Assembly (NCBI GenBank): GCA_016193335.1
Contig: JACPSK010000003.1
Location: forward strand, 23,739 to 87,738
Source of the DNA: Candidatus Magasanikiibacteriota bacterium
GTDB taxonomy: Bacteria; Patescibacteriota; Patescibacteriia; Magasanikbacterales; UBA922
Reading direction: 5' to 3'
Length of the DNA stretch: 64,000 nt
Shown here: piece after piece, positions 48,723 to 58,541 of the stretch
Numbering within the stretch: the stretch's first letter is position 1
How the letters are laid out: each line of letters begins with the position of its first letter
Program-made: the position numbers and the translations under genes
Notes under the pieces: model-generated
What the model was told of the DNA's origin: nothing
The model's database searches: none
What the model saw: the letters and a program-made list of their open reading frames with translations, nothing else

Positions 48723-50867
48723 TTAATCCTGAGCCGATCGGGCTTGATAAGTAAATATTACAAGAGTTCCATTATCAATCGAGGTCCAGTTATCCGCGCT
48801 GAGCTTTGCCCCTTCGGCTATCTCATCAAATTTTTTCCAGAAGGAACTCAGCACAAAATAAGCTTTCTCTGCGCCGGTTTTTTTCATGATGTCTTCCATG
48901 TATTCTCTTTTTTGTCCTTCATACAACATACGCTGATAGACCTGAAAGGCATAGGCTCCCGTGGGAATGGAATAGTAAAACATCGGCCCCTCGTTTGTGT
49001 CAAAATATTTCGCGAAACTATATTCTGTGATTGCGGCCGCCGCGGTGACAGGATTTGAGAGAACCATGTAGCGGTAATCGGCATTATCCTCGTGTATCCA
49101 TTGCACGGCTTTGAAATCGGACTCGCTTACATGGTAGCCGGGGAAATGAACTTTCGGATTTTCCTGAGGGTAACTCAGATATAATGAAAGTGTCAGAACG
49201 AATCCTCCCAAACCGCAGACGATAATTTTTATCATTTTTTTGTGACAATAAAGTGCCCTTATTCGTTTTGATTCAAACCAGCTTTCGATTTGTGTTATCA
49301 CGTTATAGAATCCATACATGGCAAAAGGAAGGAGAAATATGACGCTTGAAGTCAATAGTCTCGTGGGGTATCCGCCCTGTTCAAAAGCCCCCACATTGGG
49401 GAATACAATCCAGCTTCTCAAGAGAAAGGCCCCAATGATAAACCCCAGCGCCGCGGCTGGGTAGATATAGTATTTTATTTTTTTGTTTTGCCACTTGGTA
49501 AAACCATAGATGGAGAAACCTAAAACGACAGGAGTTATTAAAGTTTGCCAGCCGTAAAGTAGCTCAAACAGGAGCGGAGACTCCTTTGAATACCAATAGG
49601 GCCTTTTGAATAGTTCCAGGAAAAGATTTATTTTATCAAAAGGATTTATAAAATGAGGCATTTCGAAGCCGTTCAACAAGATATAGAGCGTGAACATCGC
49701 GGGAAACAAAAACGCGAGCCCGGTGCCTATCAAGGCGAGCAGTCCGGTTGAGATTTTTGTTTTATATTCGCTGGCTTCCAACAAGCGGGCTGTCAAAACG
49801 AACAAAACAGCGGGTGCTCCTAAAAGTGGATGAATCATAAGCCCTGCCAAAGCGAGTATTCCTACCCTAAACCAGGATCTGTGTTTTTCTTGGCAAGACA
49901 GAACTCCGCATACGATCAATATACTGAGGAGAATAAGCAGATTGTGCGGGGTACTGAGATGCAAAGAAAGAAAAAATATAAAAGGGATGAACCATACCAG
50001 ATTGACTGACGCGGATTCGGGTATATTCCATGTTTTTTTTAGAGTATCGGAAATGATGAGAGGAAGGCTGAGAGCCGATAAAACAGGCAAAAGCATTATG
50101 TCTATATATTGGAGAGGCAGAGCGCTGATATTGGAAAGCCAGACCACAAAACTATACTGGCCGATATAAATTGGCTGTCTCGGAAGTATAAAACCATTAC
50201 TTTGAATTAAGAGTTCGGTAGCTCTATGTATGAGCCCGTCGAAACCAAATCCGAGAGGATACATCACCAGAGCGATTGAGTAGGTGAAAAATATATGCAG
50301 TATCGTGGCCGCGTAGCGTGTCATTTTGGAAGATGTTTCAGAAACGAGATACAGGAGAAAAGCCGTACTGATGCCATACCCGATGAAAAAAAATGGCCCT
50401 AGCTTGAGCCAGGGAGAGTTTGCCCCGTTCGTTATTGGATGAGACAGCAGAATAGAAAATAAAGCCATTTCCAAACAGACGAAGAGGTACATGGTAAGCC
50501 AAGAGTTTTTTTGTTTCTTCCATTCCGTGCTTATAAAGCCTTCTTCGATTTTGGTTTTTTTAAAGAAGATCAAAAGGGGGACAGCGAGCAATAATACTGA
50601 GCTTATTTTTGTGATGCCAAAAATATAATAGAGCGCCGTTCCTACAATAAAAAGCACACTCAACAAAGTGAGAAGATCCCAGATTGCTGAGGATTTTTTT
50701 TCTTTGCTGAACCAATGGCCGAGCGCGCTGCAAAGACACCCAAAATAAAAAACCGTAAGAGGGAATCCCAAGAAAACATTTTTTATGTATAAGGTATTCA
50801 AGACGAGAACGCCGCAAGAGCAGAGGGCGCCGTAGAAAATAAATTTTTTACTAATCCGTATTTTCAT
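48723..50867 (-). CDS. Large polytopic membrane protein (GT-C-like, unknown function)
   Basis: Many TM helices, G.D...H loop, soluble C-terminal domain; lies inside the glycan region. Confidence 0.7.
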   Translation of the reverse strand: MKIRISKKFIFYGALCSCGVLVLNTLYIKNVFLGFPLTVFYFGCLCSALGHWFSKEKKSSAIWDLLTLLSVLFIVGTALYYIFGITKISSVLLLAVPLLIFFKKTKIEEGFISTEWKKQKNSWLTMYLFVCLEMALFSILLSHPITNGANSPWLKLGPFFFIGYGISTAFLLYLVSETSSKMTRYAATILHIFFTYSIALVMYPLGFGFDGLIHRATELLIQSNGFILPRQPIYIGQYSFVVWLSNISALPLQYIDIMLLPVLSALSLPLIISDTLKKTWNIPESASVNLVWFIPFIFFLSLHLSTPHNLLILLSILIVCGVLSCQEKHRSWFRVGILALAGLMIHPLLGAPAVLFVLTARLLEASEYKTKISTGLLALIGTGLAFLFPAMFTLYILLNGFEMPHFINPFDKINLFLELFKRPYWYSKESPLLFELLYGWQTLITPVVLGFSIYGFTKWQNKKIKYYIYPAAALGFIIGAFLLRSWIVFPNVGAFEQGGYPTRLLTSSVIFLLPFAMYGFYNVITQIESWFESKRIRALYCHKKMIKIIVCGLGGFVLTLSLYLSYPQENPKVHFPGYHVSESDFKAVQWIHEDNADYRYMVLSNPVTAAAAITEYSFAKYFDTNEGPMFYYSIPTGAYAFQVYQRMLYEGQKREYMEDIMKKTGAEKAYFVLSSFWKKFDEIAEGAKLSADNWTSIDNGTLVIFTYQARSAQD

Positions 50868-50978
50868 AATTGGTTTTTTTCGATTTTGTGGAGTATAATG
50901 GGCTTTGTAGCATGAAACGAATGAACTGCATCGCAGTCATATTCAGACTAAGCCAGCACTTGAAAAAATGAGGATCAA

Positions 50979-51016
50979 TAGAGCTCGTCTCAAAATTATT
51001 TTTGAGAGCTGCTCTA
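50979..51016. repeat. Family A minimal copy (two termini fused)
   Basis: TAGAGCTCGTCTCAAAATTATTTTTGAGAGCTGCTCTA. Confidence 0.7.
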
Positions 51017-51101
51017 ATAAAGTAACGACATCTAAACAGAGTGAATCATATTCTTCTTTGCTGTCTGTATTTTCGTCTCCTCATTCATTGTAGACAAAGC
51101 C

Positions 51102-51734
51102 ATGCGCTTATTCAATAGACTCTCAGCGTTAAAAGATAAACATCCTGCTCTTTTTGAATATCTTCCTGCAAAGGAAGTTTTTCCTCATGATTATTTCATG
51201 GATCGTTTTGTCCTTCGTTTTTTGCCTGCTCGCAGCACCCCGAACGGGATCACCATTCTGAGAATTTGTCTTACTCCTTTTGTTTTTTTGGTAACTTTGT
51301 ATGGCCATTATCGTTTCGGAGTTATTTTATTTTTACTGACCGCTTTTACGGACGCCATTGATGGCTCTTTGGCCCGTACCCGAAATAAAATAACTCGTTT
51401 TGGCATGCTTTTTGATCCTTTGGCCGATAAACTTTTGATCGGGTCCATGGTTTTGCTTTTGGTGTTTCGCTATCTGAATGTTTTCCTTGGCATCGCGATT
51501 TTGGGGATTGAAATTATATTTATTGTCAGTGCTTTGGTCGCCAAAATAAAATTTAAAACAGTAAAGATGGCCGACCGATGGGGGAAGCTCAAAATGTTTT
51601 TTCAAGTTATTGCCATGTCTTTGATCATGATAGCCTTACTCATTGATTTTCCTTATTTATTGACCGTCGCGGCATGGGTCTTTGGTTTGGCGATCGGATT
51701 TGCTATATTAAGTCTATTTAGACATGGTATATAA
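51102..51734 (+). CDS. CDP-alcohol phosphatidyltransferase (PgsA-like)
   Basis: PN.IT.LR and TDAIDG.LAR......FG..FDPLADK signature. Confidence 0.92.
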   Translation: MRLFNRLSALKDKHPALFEYLPAKEVFPHDYFMDRFVLRFLPARSTPNGITILRICLTPFVFLVTLYGHYRFGVILFLLTAFTDAIDGSLARTRNKITRFGMLFDPLADKLLIGSMVLLLVFRYLNVFLGIAILGIEIIFIVSALVAKIKFKTVKMADRWGKLKMFFQVIAMSLIMIALLIDFPYLLTVAAWVFGLAIGFAILSLFRHGI

Positions 51735-51753
51735 AAGTCCTTTATAACGAATG

Positions 51754-51783
51754 AACCCGTCCGACGATTCGTGGGACGGGCTT
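51754..51783. terminator. Hairpin shared by the convergent phosphatidyltransferase genes
   Basis: CCCGTCC.ACG-ATT-CGT.GGACGGG. Confidence 0.6.
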
Positions 51784-52519
51784 AAAAACGAGCTCTGCGC
51801 CGTGCCGCTCTCCTGAGTTTGATCTTGTGCCAGAGGCTGGCAAGACCAAAAAGAAGGGCGACTGCAAAGAACAAAGCCGCCAGGATAACGAAGAACCCGT
51901 GCAGCTCTGGCATGGCAAGAACCAGAGCCCCGACCCCGCAGGTCTCGGCGAGCATCTTGATCTTGCCCGAGCCAGGGGCTTTCAAGCTTATGCTTGAATG
52001 GCCTGCTTTTGCCCGGATTAAATCTTGTACTCTCACGACCGTGAGGAGGATTTCCAAGGCAACAACGCCGAGAGCGAGTGGCAGAGCGATGATGCTCATC
52101 ACCAAGCCAAGTGTGCTCACCTCCTGGAATCGGGCCGCGCTGAGCGGCAAGAGGGCCAAAACCGTGATGATGAGGCCCTTGTCGCAGAGGGCGTCAACCG
52201 CGGCTCCGATGACTTCGTCGTCGCCGCAGTTATGGTACACCTTGCGCCAGTGCGCCAAGCGTCCGTCAAACCAATCGGTGAGGGATGCTACCGCGAAGAG
52301 CGCGAAAGCCTCCCATACACGGCCGCTCGCCGCGATGAAAGCAATGGGCACCGCGAGGACTACTCGCGACAGCGAGACCCAATTGGGCCTGATGTAAGCC
52401 CAGAGTTTCCAAGGGCCTACTTTTTCATCAAGCCTTGCGTTCAATGCTTTGACGCGGGCCATAAGCTGACCGCTGAACGGCCGCACGGCCGCGCTCGCGC
52501 TTTTAAGCACTTGATCCAT
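51782..52519 (-). CDS. Second, divergent CDP-alcohol phosphatidyltransferase
   Basis: PN.VS..R, TDWFDG.LA...G...DALCDK, GKIK motifs; visibly GC-richer than its neighbours. Confidence 0.82.
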   Translation of the reverse strand: MDQVLKSASAAVRPFSGQLMARVKALNARLDEKVGPWKLWAYIRPNWVSLSRVVLAVPIAFIAASGRVWEAFALFAVASLTDWFDGRLAHWRKVYHNCGDDEVIGAAVDALCDKGLIITVLALLPLSAARFQEVSTLGLVMSIIALPLALGVVALEILLTVVRVQDLIRAKAGHSSISLKAPGSGKIKMLAETCGVGALVLAMPELHGFFVILAALFFAVALLFGLASLWHKIKLRRAARRRARF

Positions 52520-52592
52520 GTATTGCCCCCAATTTTGTTCTACCCTAGCGGGATAGTTGTATCATAGTTGTTCCTCTTTGGCAATCTTCCTT

Positions 52593-54287
52593 ATGTTCAA
52601 CGAAAAACGAATATATACGATTATTCTCTCTTCATGTTCATTGATATTTTTTTTCGTGTATATTTTTCTCTATACGGACCTCGACCGTCTCGTTTCAAGC
52701 AAGTCTCTATCTATTTCTCCTCCCTTTATCATTCTAAATCAGCCGGACGAGGCGATGAATTATTTTTTTATCAGAACATTTGTATTGGAATCTCGCTTCA
52801 GAGTTCCTCAAGCATATTCAGAAATAGCCTTCAGTCAGGTTCACCCGCGCAGTAGCACCGTGATTGAGAATTCATTGGCGCCGATTGGGTTTCCCGGCTT
52901 TATCATTCTCTGCGGTTTACTGCTTAAAATTTTGGTGTTTTTATTTGGAGATAGTTTTTTCAATATATTCGCCATTTCTCTTACGCCTTTCCTCGCTGCT
53001 CTGGCTCCTCTTTTTGTGTTTTTTTCGCTCAGACGCTTGTTTGAAGAGAAAACGGCTTTTTTTTCCGCTCTTTTACTCTACATCATGCCGGCCTGGTGGT
53101 ATTACGCGAGCAGGCCTTTTCAGCATAATACTATTTTTGTTTTTTTCTTGATCCTTTTTTTATATATGTATAGTTTTTTTCTTGAACAAGGCAAACTTTC
53201 TTCTGTTAAAATATTTTTTATGGGTTTGTTTTTGTCTCTTTGTGTGTATATTCGTTCTTCAGAGGTTTTGTGGCTCTTCGTTTTGGCCGGGGCGCTTTGT
53301 TTTCTAAGTCGAAAATTTTGGAATTTCAAAAAATATTTTTACGCCAGTCTGGGAGTTTTGTTGGTCCTTGTTTTGTTTTTCGCCACTCAATACCTGTATT
53401 ATGGCCACCCTCTGGGGAGCGGCTATGTAGTCCCTCGTAATGGTTTGGCAGGCCTGATAACAAGCGGTCCGCAAGGAATTCCATTTTTGCAGGCTTTGGT
53501 GGCGCCTTTTGGTTGGCATCCTTTTGCCATCTTTTATAATGTATATCATTATTTCGGCGTTTTGTTTTGGCCTTGGTCTCTCAGCTTTGTTTTTTTTCTT
53601 ATTTCACTCATTTTCTTTTTATATCGCAAGGATCCAACAAAATGTCAGGATATTTCCTCGAAACGCCTTTACAGCTATCTGGCTGTGTTTGCTTTCGTTT
53701 CACTGTATCTTTTGCTTTATTACGGTTCTTGGTCTTTTTTTGATAATTTGGCGGGAAAACCCTCTGTAGCTTCTTCTCATGTCCGTTATTTTTTGCCCTT
53801 GTATCTTGGAGCATTGCCATTTTTTGGTGTATTTTTTTCATGGCTGAGTTCATATTTTAAAAGAATAGGTTTCGTCTTGAGCATCTTGTGGATTTTTGGG
53901 CTGTCTCTATTATCTTATAGAGTTGTCTTTAATTCCTTTGAGGGATTGAATCATATCAAACAAACAGTCAGTTCCTATTATAATTGGCAAAAAGAGATAC
54001 TTTTTTATGTGGAGCCTGGCGCTGTAATTGTTACGCAGTACGCGGATAAGTATCTGTTTCCTCATAGAGATATAATCCCTGGGTTAACTTCTGATATGAG
54101 TTTCCAAGCTGTACAAGCGCTTTTGGATAATAATAAGCAGGTTTTTTATTATGATTTGAAGCTTAATACAGATGATCGGGTCTTGGGTGAGAATATGCAG
54201 AGATATGGGTTTGGCCTTTTGGCTCCTCTCTGGTCTGTTCAGGATCTTGAACTTAGACGTATTGAAAAAAATACTGGCCTGCGCTAG
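52593..54287 (+). CDS. Polytopic membrane glycosyltransferase-like protein (GT-C/ArnT-PMT-like)
   Basis: PDE motif after TM1, ~12 TM helices, RYFLP motif, soluble C-terminus. Confidence 0.65.
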   Translation: MFNEKRIYTIILSSCSLIFFFVYIFLYTDLDRLVSSKSLSISPPFIILNQPDEAMNYFFIRTFVLESRFRVPQAYSEIAFSQVHPRSSTVIENSLAPIGFPGFIILCGLLLKILVFLFGDSFFNIFAISLTPFLAALAPLFVFFSLRRLFEEKTAFFSALLLYIMPAWWYYASRPFQHNTIFVFFLILFLYMYSFFLEQGKLSSVKIFFMGLFLSLCVYIRSSEVLWLFVLAGALCFLSRKFWNFKKYFYASLGVLLVLVLFFATQYLYYGHPLGSGYVVPRNGLAGLITSGPQGIPFLQALVAPFGWHPFAIFYNVYHYFGVLFWPWSLSFVFFLISLIFFLYRKDPTKCQDISSKRLYSYLAVFAFVSLYLLLYYGSWSFFDNLAGKPSVASSHVRYFLPLYLGALPFFGVFFSWLSSYFKRIGFVLSILWIFGLSLLSYRVVFNSFEGLNHIKQTVSSYYNWQKEILFYVEPGAVIVTQYADKYLFPHRDIIPGLTSDMSFQAVQALLDNNKQVFYYDLKLNTDDRVLGENMQRYGFGLLAPLWSVQDLELRRIEKNTGLR

Positions 54288-54433
54288 TATATAGACATAC
54301 GGATGGCCAATTTCGGTCAAGACCTTGCTATCGCGTCTTTCGAGGTCCGTATCCCTTAGTAAAGGCCCGGCCGGATTGGAAAGCTTAATTTGGCCCCTAA
54401 GGCCTGGACAAATTAAAATTAAGAGACCTTTCT

Positions 54434-54838
54434 ATGCTTGATTGTGTTTTTTGTAAAATAGTTAGAGGGGAGATTCCAAACTACAAGGTCTATGAAGACG
54501 ATCATGTTTTGGCATTTCTCGACATACATCCTCAGGCTCTTGGTCATACGGTGCTTATACCAAAACTGCACGCGGAGCGTTTTTTTGATCTGAACGAAGA
54601 GCTTTTGAAACATGTTTTGCCCGGAGTGCAAAAAACCATGGAACGCATAGAACGTGTTTTGAATCCAGACGGCTACAATGTGGGCTGGAATGACGCTGAA
54701 ATCGCGGGCCAGGCTGTTCCGCATATGCATTTTCATATTCTTCCCCGTTACCGCGGAGACGGCGGGGGCAGTATGCATTCTATAGTACATAAAGTGGACA
54801 AGCGATCTCCTGCAGAGCTTGCCCAGCTTTTTTCTTAG
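54434..54838 (+). CDS. HIT family nucleotide-binding hydrolase
   Basis: CVFCKI, AFLDI.P...GH.V.IPK.H, AGQ.VPHMHFHILPR. Confidence 0.95.
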   Translation: MLDCVFCKIVRGEIPNYKVYEDDHVLAFLDIHPQALGHTVLIPKLHAERFFDLNEELLKHVLPGVQKTMERIERVLNPDGYNVGWNDAEIAGQAVPHMHFHILPRYRGDGGGSMHSIVHKVDKRSPAELAQLFS

Positions 54839-54852
54839 CCGGCCGCTTTCAT

Positions 54853-55395
54853 ATGGTCAAACGGCTAAAAAAAATAGAAGAAGAATTGATTCATCAAAAT
54901 CCGTGGTGGTCCTACAAACACGACAGATATGAAAAACCTGATGGCCAGATAGGAGATTATTGGTACGGATCCACCGAAGGTGTTGTGATGATTGTCCCGG
55001 TGATGGAAGACGGCAGTATTCTTCTTACGCTTCAATATCGTTACCTCGAAGATAAGCAAAGCATTGAATTTCCCGCCGGTGGTATTTTGCAAGGGATGGG
55101 TTTGCTCGAATCAGTCCAAAGAGAGCTCAAAGAGGAGACAGGATGTCTTGCTCGAGAATTTACCAAAATAGGTTCTTTCCAACCTTCGAACGGGTTTATC
55201 CGCGACGAGACTCATGTATTCGTGGCAAAGGTTGTTTCTCAGGGAATTCAAGAACTTGATGACACTGAAGAAATAGAGCTTTTGTATAGAAGGCCGGACG
55301 AAATAGAGGACATGATACGCCGCAACGATATCTGGGATGGACAAAGCATGGCCTCTTGGTCTTTGGTCAGACATTATTTTATCGACGAGCAGTAA
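54853..55395 (+). CDS. Nudix hydrolase (ADP-ribose pyrophosphatase-like)
   Basis: QYRY....SIEFPAG, RELKEETG, LD.TE.I motifs. Confidence 0.9.
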   Translation: MVKRLKKIEEELIHQNPWWSYKHDRYEKPDGQIGDYWYGSTEGVVMIVPVMEDGSILLTLQYRYLEDKQSIEFPAGGILQGMGLLESVQRELKEETGCLAREFTKIGSFQPSNGFIRDETHVFVAKVVSQGIQELDDTEEIELLYRRPDEIEDMIRRNDIWDGQSMASWSLVRHYFIDEQ

Positions 55396-55422
55396 ACTTT
55401 ATCTTTTACTTACCTATGTCAT

Positions 55423-55842
55423 ATGCCGGCTAAACAAAAAAAACCCAAACACAATCCATTTGTGCAGGTGTTTCATTTTAAGCACGACAAGACCAAAGAG
55501 GGCCGTCTTTTGTCCAGCGTAAAAATCGGGGATGTGTATATGTCCAGGCTTACTATAAAGCCGGGGATTATCACAGGAAATTATTTTAGGAAGAAAAACA
55601 TGCTCATGTTTTATGTGGAGAGCGGGAATGTTTTTTCTGTTTGCGAACATGCGCAATCGAAAGAACGCAAAGAATTTCATCTTAAACCGGGCGAACAAGT
55701 GGTGCACGTCCCGCCCATGGTTTCTCTGGCGACAAAAAATATAGGCAAGACCACCGCTATTTTGGTTTTTTTCAGCACCAGACCCATACGAGACGAGACT
55801 GATTATTTTTCTTATGTTGTGATGGGAAATGTGGAGACATAA
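55423..55842 (+). CDS. Cupin-fold protein (WxcM/FdtA-like sugar isomerase domain, degenerate)
   Basis: IKPG...GN.......FYV.SG and V.VPP......N cupin pattern; metal His residues replaced. Confidence 0.65.
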   Translation: MPAKQKKPKHNPFVQVFHFKHDKTKEGRLLSSVKIGDVYMSRLTIKPGIITGNYFRKKNMLMFYVESGNVFSVCEHAQSKERKEFHLKPGEQVVHVPPMVSLATKNIGKTTAILVFFSTRPIRDETDYFSYVVMGNVET

Positions 55843-55863
55843 AGAAGACGGGATTTGTTGCTA

Positions 55864-55941
55864 TTGAAATCTATCTCAAAAATAAATTTTGCTTCATTTT
55901 GGGTCACTTTGGGCTGAAATTATTTTTGAGATATATTCTAA
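55864..55941. repeat. Family A intermediate-length copy
   Basis: TATCTCAAAAATAAATTT...AAATTATTTTTGAGATATATTCTA shares the CTCAAAAATAA terminal core with 1085-1248. Confidence 0.7.
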
Positions 55942-55956
55942 GAACCAGTTGAACGT

Positions 55957-56979
55957 ATGAATCTAGTGGTAACTGGAGGAGCGGGGTTTATCGGCTCCCA
56001 TTTTATTAGGTATTGGCTTTCGGGCCACAGAGATGACCATATTATAAATTATGACGCTCTGACCTATGCCGGGAATTTAGAAAATTTGCGGGATGTGGAA
56101 GCAAATCCCAATTATGAATTTGTGCACGGCGACATCTGCGACCGTGAAAAGGTTTTTGATGTAACACAACGGGCAGACTTGATGGTACATTTCGCGGCCG
56201 AAAGCCATGTAGATCGTTCCATCATGGATTCAGCTGTTTTTATTCGGACAAATGTGCAAGGTACTCAGACTTTGCTTGAAGCGGCCAAGACTTTTAAAAA
56301 GCGTTTTCATCATGTATCGACCGATGAAGTCTTTGGAGCTCTGGGCCCCCAGGACCCACCATTTTCAGAGAAGACACCGTACGCTCCACGGAGCCCTTAT
56401 GCCGCTTCAAAAGCGGCCGCAGACCATCTGGTACGAGCGTATTATCATACATACGGCCTTGAAATAAGTATTTCAAATTGCTCCAATAATTACGGGCCTT
56501 TCATGTTTCCGGAAAAAATCATTCCGCTTTTTATTTCACATTTATCTGAAGGGAAAAAAGTTCCTGTGTATGGCGATGGAGGACAGATAAGGGATTGGAT
56601 ACATGTGGATGATCACAGCCGCGGGATAGAAGCCATACTTGAGAGAGGAAAAATCGGAGAAACCTATTGTTTGGGCGGAGCGCACGAAATGAGCAATCTT
56701 GAATTGACGAAAAAACTTATTGCTCTCATGGGCAAAGACGAAACAAGCATAGAATTTGTCCGTGATCGTCCGGGACATGACCGTCGTTATGCTATTGATT
56801 TTTCCAAGGCAAAAAAAGAATTGGGCTGGGAGCCTCGGATAGATTTTGACGAAGGTCTCGCCGCAATGGTAGGCTGGTATGCCGAACACGGCGACTGGGT
56901 GGCTCGCTGTAAGAGCGGGGCGTACAGAGAATATTATGACAGGTGGTATTATGGGCAAGGAAGGCATTCTTCGCATTAA
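55957..56979 (+). CDS. rfbB: dTDP-glucose 4,6-dehydratase
   Basis: Motifs TGGAGFIGS, HFAAESHVDRSI, STDEV, PYAASK, NNYGP, DRPGHDRRY. Confidence 0.96.
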   Translation: MNLVVTGGAGFIGSHFIRYWLSGHRDDHIINYDALTYAGNLENLRDVEANPNYEFVHGDICDREKVFDVTQRADLMVHFAAESHVDRSIMDSAVFIRTNVQGTQTLLEAAKTFKKRFHHVSTDEVFGALGPQDPPFSEKTPYAPRSPYAASKAAADHLVRAYYHTYGLEISISNCSNNYGPFMFPEKIIPLFISHLSEGKKVPVYGDGGQIRDWIHVDDHSRGIEAILERGKIGETYCLGGAHEMSNLELTKKLIALMGKDETSIEFVRDRPGHDRRYAIDFSKAKKELGWEPRIDFDEGLAAMVGWYAEHGDWVARCKSGAYREYYDRWYYGQGRHSSH

Positions 56980-56994
56980 TACTATATAAAATCT

Positions 56995-57864
56995 ATGTCC
57001 ATACTTATTATTGGCAATGGCTATATCGGCAGACGTTGCAGATCTGCTTGGAAAGACGCCGTGCTTGCTGATACGCGCATCAATACCAAAGAAGACATGC
57101 TGTCATTGATAGACCTTCACAAACCAACCGCGGTCTTGAACGCCGCGGGTGTCCGCGGCACGCCAAACGTGGATTGGTGCGAGGATCATCAGATGGAGAC
57201 TATTTCTGGAAATACCAAACTGCCCATACTTCTCGCCGAAGCTTGTGAGGAGAGGGGAGTATATTTACTTCATATAGGTTCAGGCTGTATTTTTTATGGA
57301 GATTCGCCGCATCCGGATACATATTGGCGGGAGTATGATTTCGGCAATCCGGCGCCGGTATATTCCCGAGCCAAATGGGCCGCGGATTTGGTGCTCTCTA
57401 CTTTGCCGAATACTGGCATCGCCAGAATACGTATGCCTGTAGATTGGATTCCTTCACCGCAGAACATGATAGACAAACTGACAACATATCCGAAAGTTAT
57501 AGATGTAAAAAACAGCGTCACTATTGTGGATGATATGGTGGAAGTATTCAAGAAATTATTGGATCTGAAAGCAGAAGGGATTTTTCATGTTATCAACCCG
57601 GGTATCCTGACGCACCGGGAGATAGTGACTTTGTATGAAGAGCTCGTGGACTCGGAACACAGCAATGAATGGATTAGTAATGATGATTTGGTAAAACAAG
57701 GATTGGCCACCAAAGGGAGATCGAATAATTTTTTGAAATCAGAACATCTCGCGCAGATCGGTATTTCCATGAGAGAGGTGCATGAAGCTTTACGAGATAC
57801 TATGCTTAAATACGCCCAAGCAAAAAAGGAAGGCAAAGATTCTGAGCATCTATTGTCCTGCTGA
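56995..57864 (+). CDS. RmlD-like NDP-4-keto-6-deoxyglucose epimerase/reductase (NRS/ER-like)
   Basis: G.GYIG, NAAG..G.PNVDWCE.H, GSGCIF, YS..K, R.RMP motifs. Confidence 0.8.
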   Translation: MSILIIGNGYIGRRCRSAWKDAVLADTRINTKEDMLSLIDLHKPTAVLNAAGVRGTPNVDWCEDHQMETISGNTKLPILLAEACEERGVYLLHIGSGCIFYGDSPHPDTYWREYDFGNPAPVYSRAKWAADLVLSTLPNTGIARIRMPVDWIPSPQNMIDKLTTYPKVIDVKNSVTIVDDMVEVFKKLLDLKAEGIFHVINPGILTHREIVTLYEELVDSEHSNEWISNDDLVKQGLATKGRSNNFLKSEHLAQIGISMREVHEALRDTMLKYAQAKKEGKDSEHLLSC

Positions 57865-58040
57865 AGGACTGGTGTATTTTTGCCTTTCGCTCTTTGGTTA
57901 TTTGGCTGGGATATTTTCCAAACTGAGATCGTGTGGAATAGCCGGGCTTAATTATTTTGAGTCTTTTTTATTTATATTTTTTTAATTTCTCTATTTTATA
58001 TTTGAGACGGAGGATTTCTAGGTAAAGAAAGGAATCTAAG

Positions 58041-58418
58041 ATGAGAAATCAGGCAGAACTTTGTACCGGGCCTTTGCTCCGAGAGCCTGTGGAATGCGCT
58101 ATGCCGGAGGGAGATTTTTTCCTGGATTATTCCAATTTGGGCATTGGCTCTGCCCTGTGTTTTCAGATCCGAGCTTCAAGAGAATGGCGTTTGGAATATA
58201 AGCGTCTCTATTTGAACAGAGGGAACAGACCTTACGATGAAATTCTGAGCTGTCACCATGGGGGCATCCGAGTGCTCGTTGATATCGGATTTGGTCTGCG
58301 AACTTGTATATTGAATCGAGGTTCAGCTCTCGTCCTACCCCGCTATATGCCTTATTGGGCGGAGACAGGTTGGGCTTCCGGAGCTTTTGTACAGGTTCAC
58401 TTGGGTTCTCTCCGCTAG
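58041..58418 (+). CDS. Hypothetical protein, degenerate cupin-like
   Basis: DEILSCHHGGIRVLVD......ILNRGSALVLPR follows cupin spacing; SD AAGGA. Confidence 0.5.
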   Translation: MRNQAELCTGPLLREPVECAMPEGDFFLDYSNLGIGSALCFQIRASREWRLEYKRLYLNRGNRPYDEILSCHHGGIRVLVDIGFGLRTCILNRGSALVLPRYMPYWAETGWASGAFVQVHLGSLR

Positions 58419-58541
58419 AAATCCTCCCGATTCCATTTCTGTCTTGACAGGTGTTTTTGTTGTTGTTAATCTTCTTGCTGTTTTGTGGCAGAGCAGACGG
58501 TCTGTTTTGCCTTTCAAAGCATGGCCGCGATGGAGGCACAG

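Noticed and set aside
51819-52567. Long plus-strand ORFs 51819-52397 and 52025-52567
   Set aside because: Shadow ORFs of the GC-rich minus-strand phosphatidyltransferase, which has the family signature
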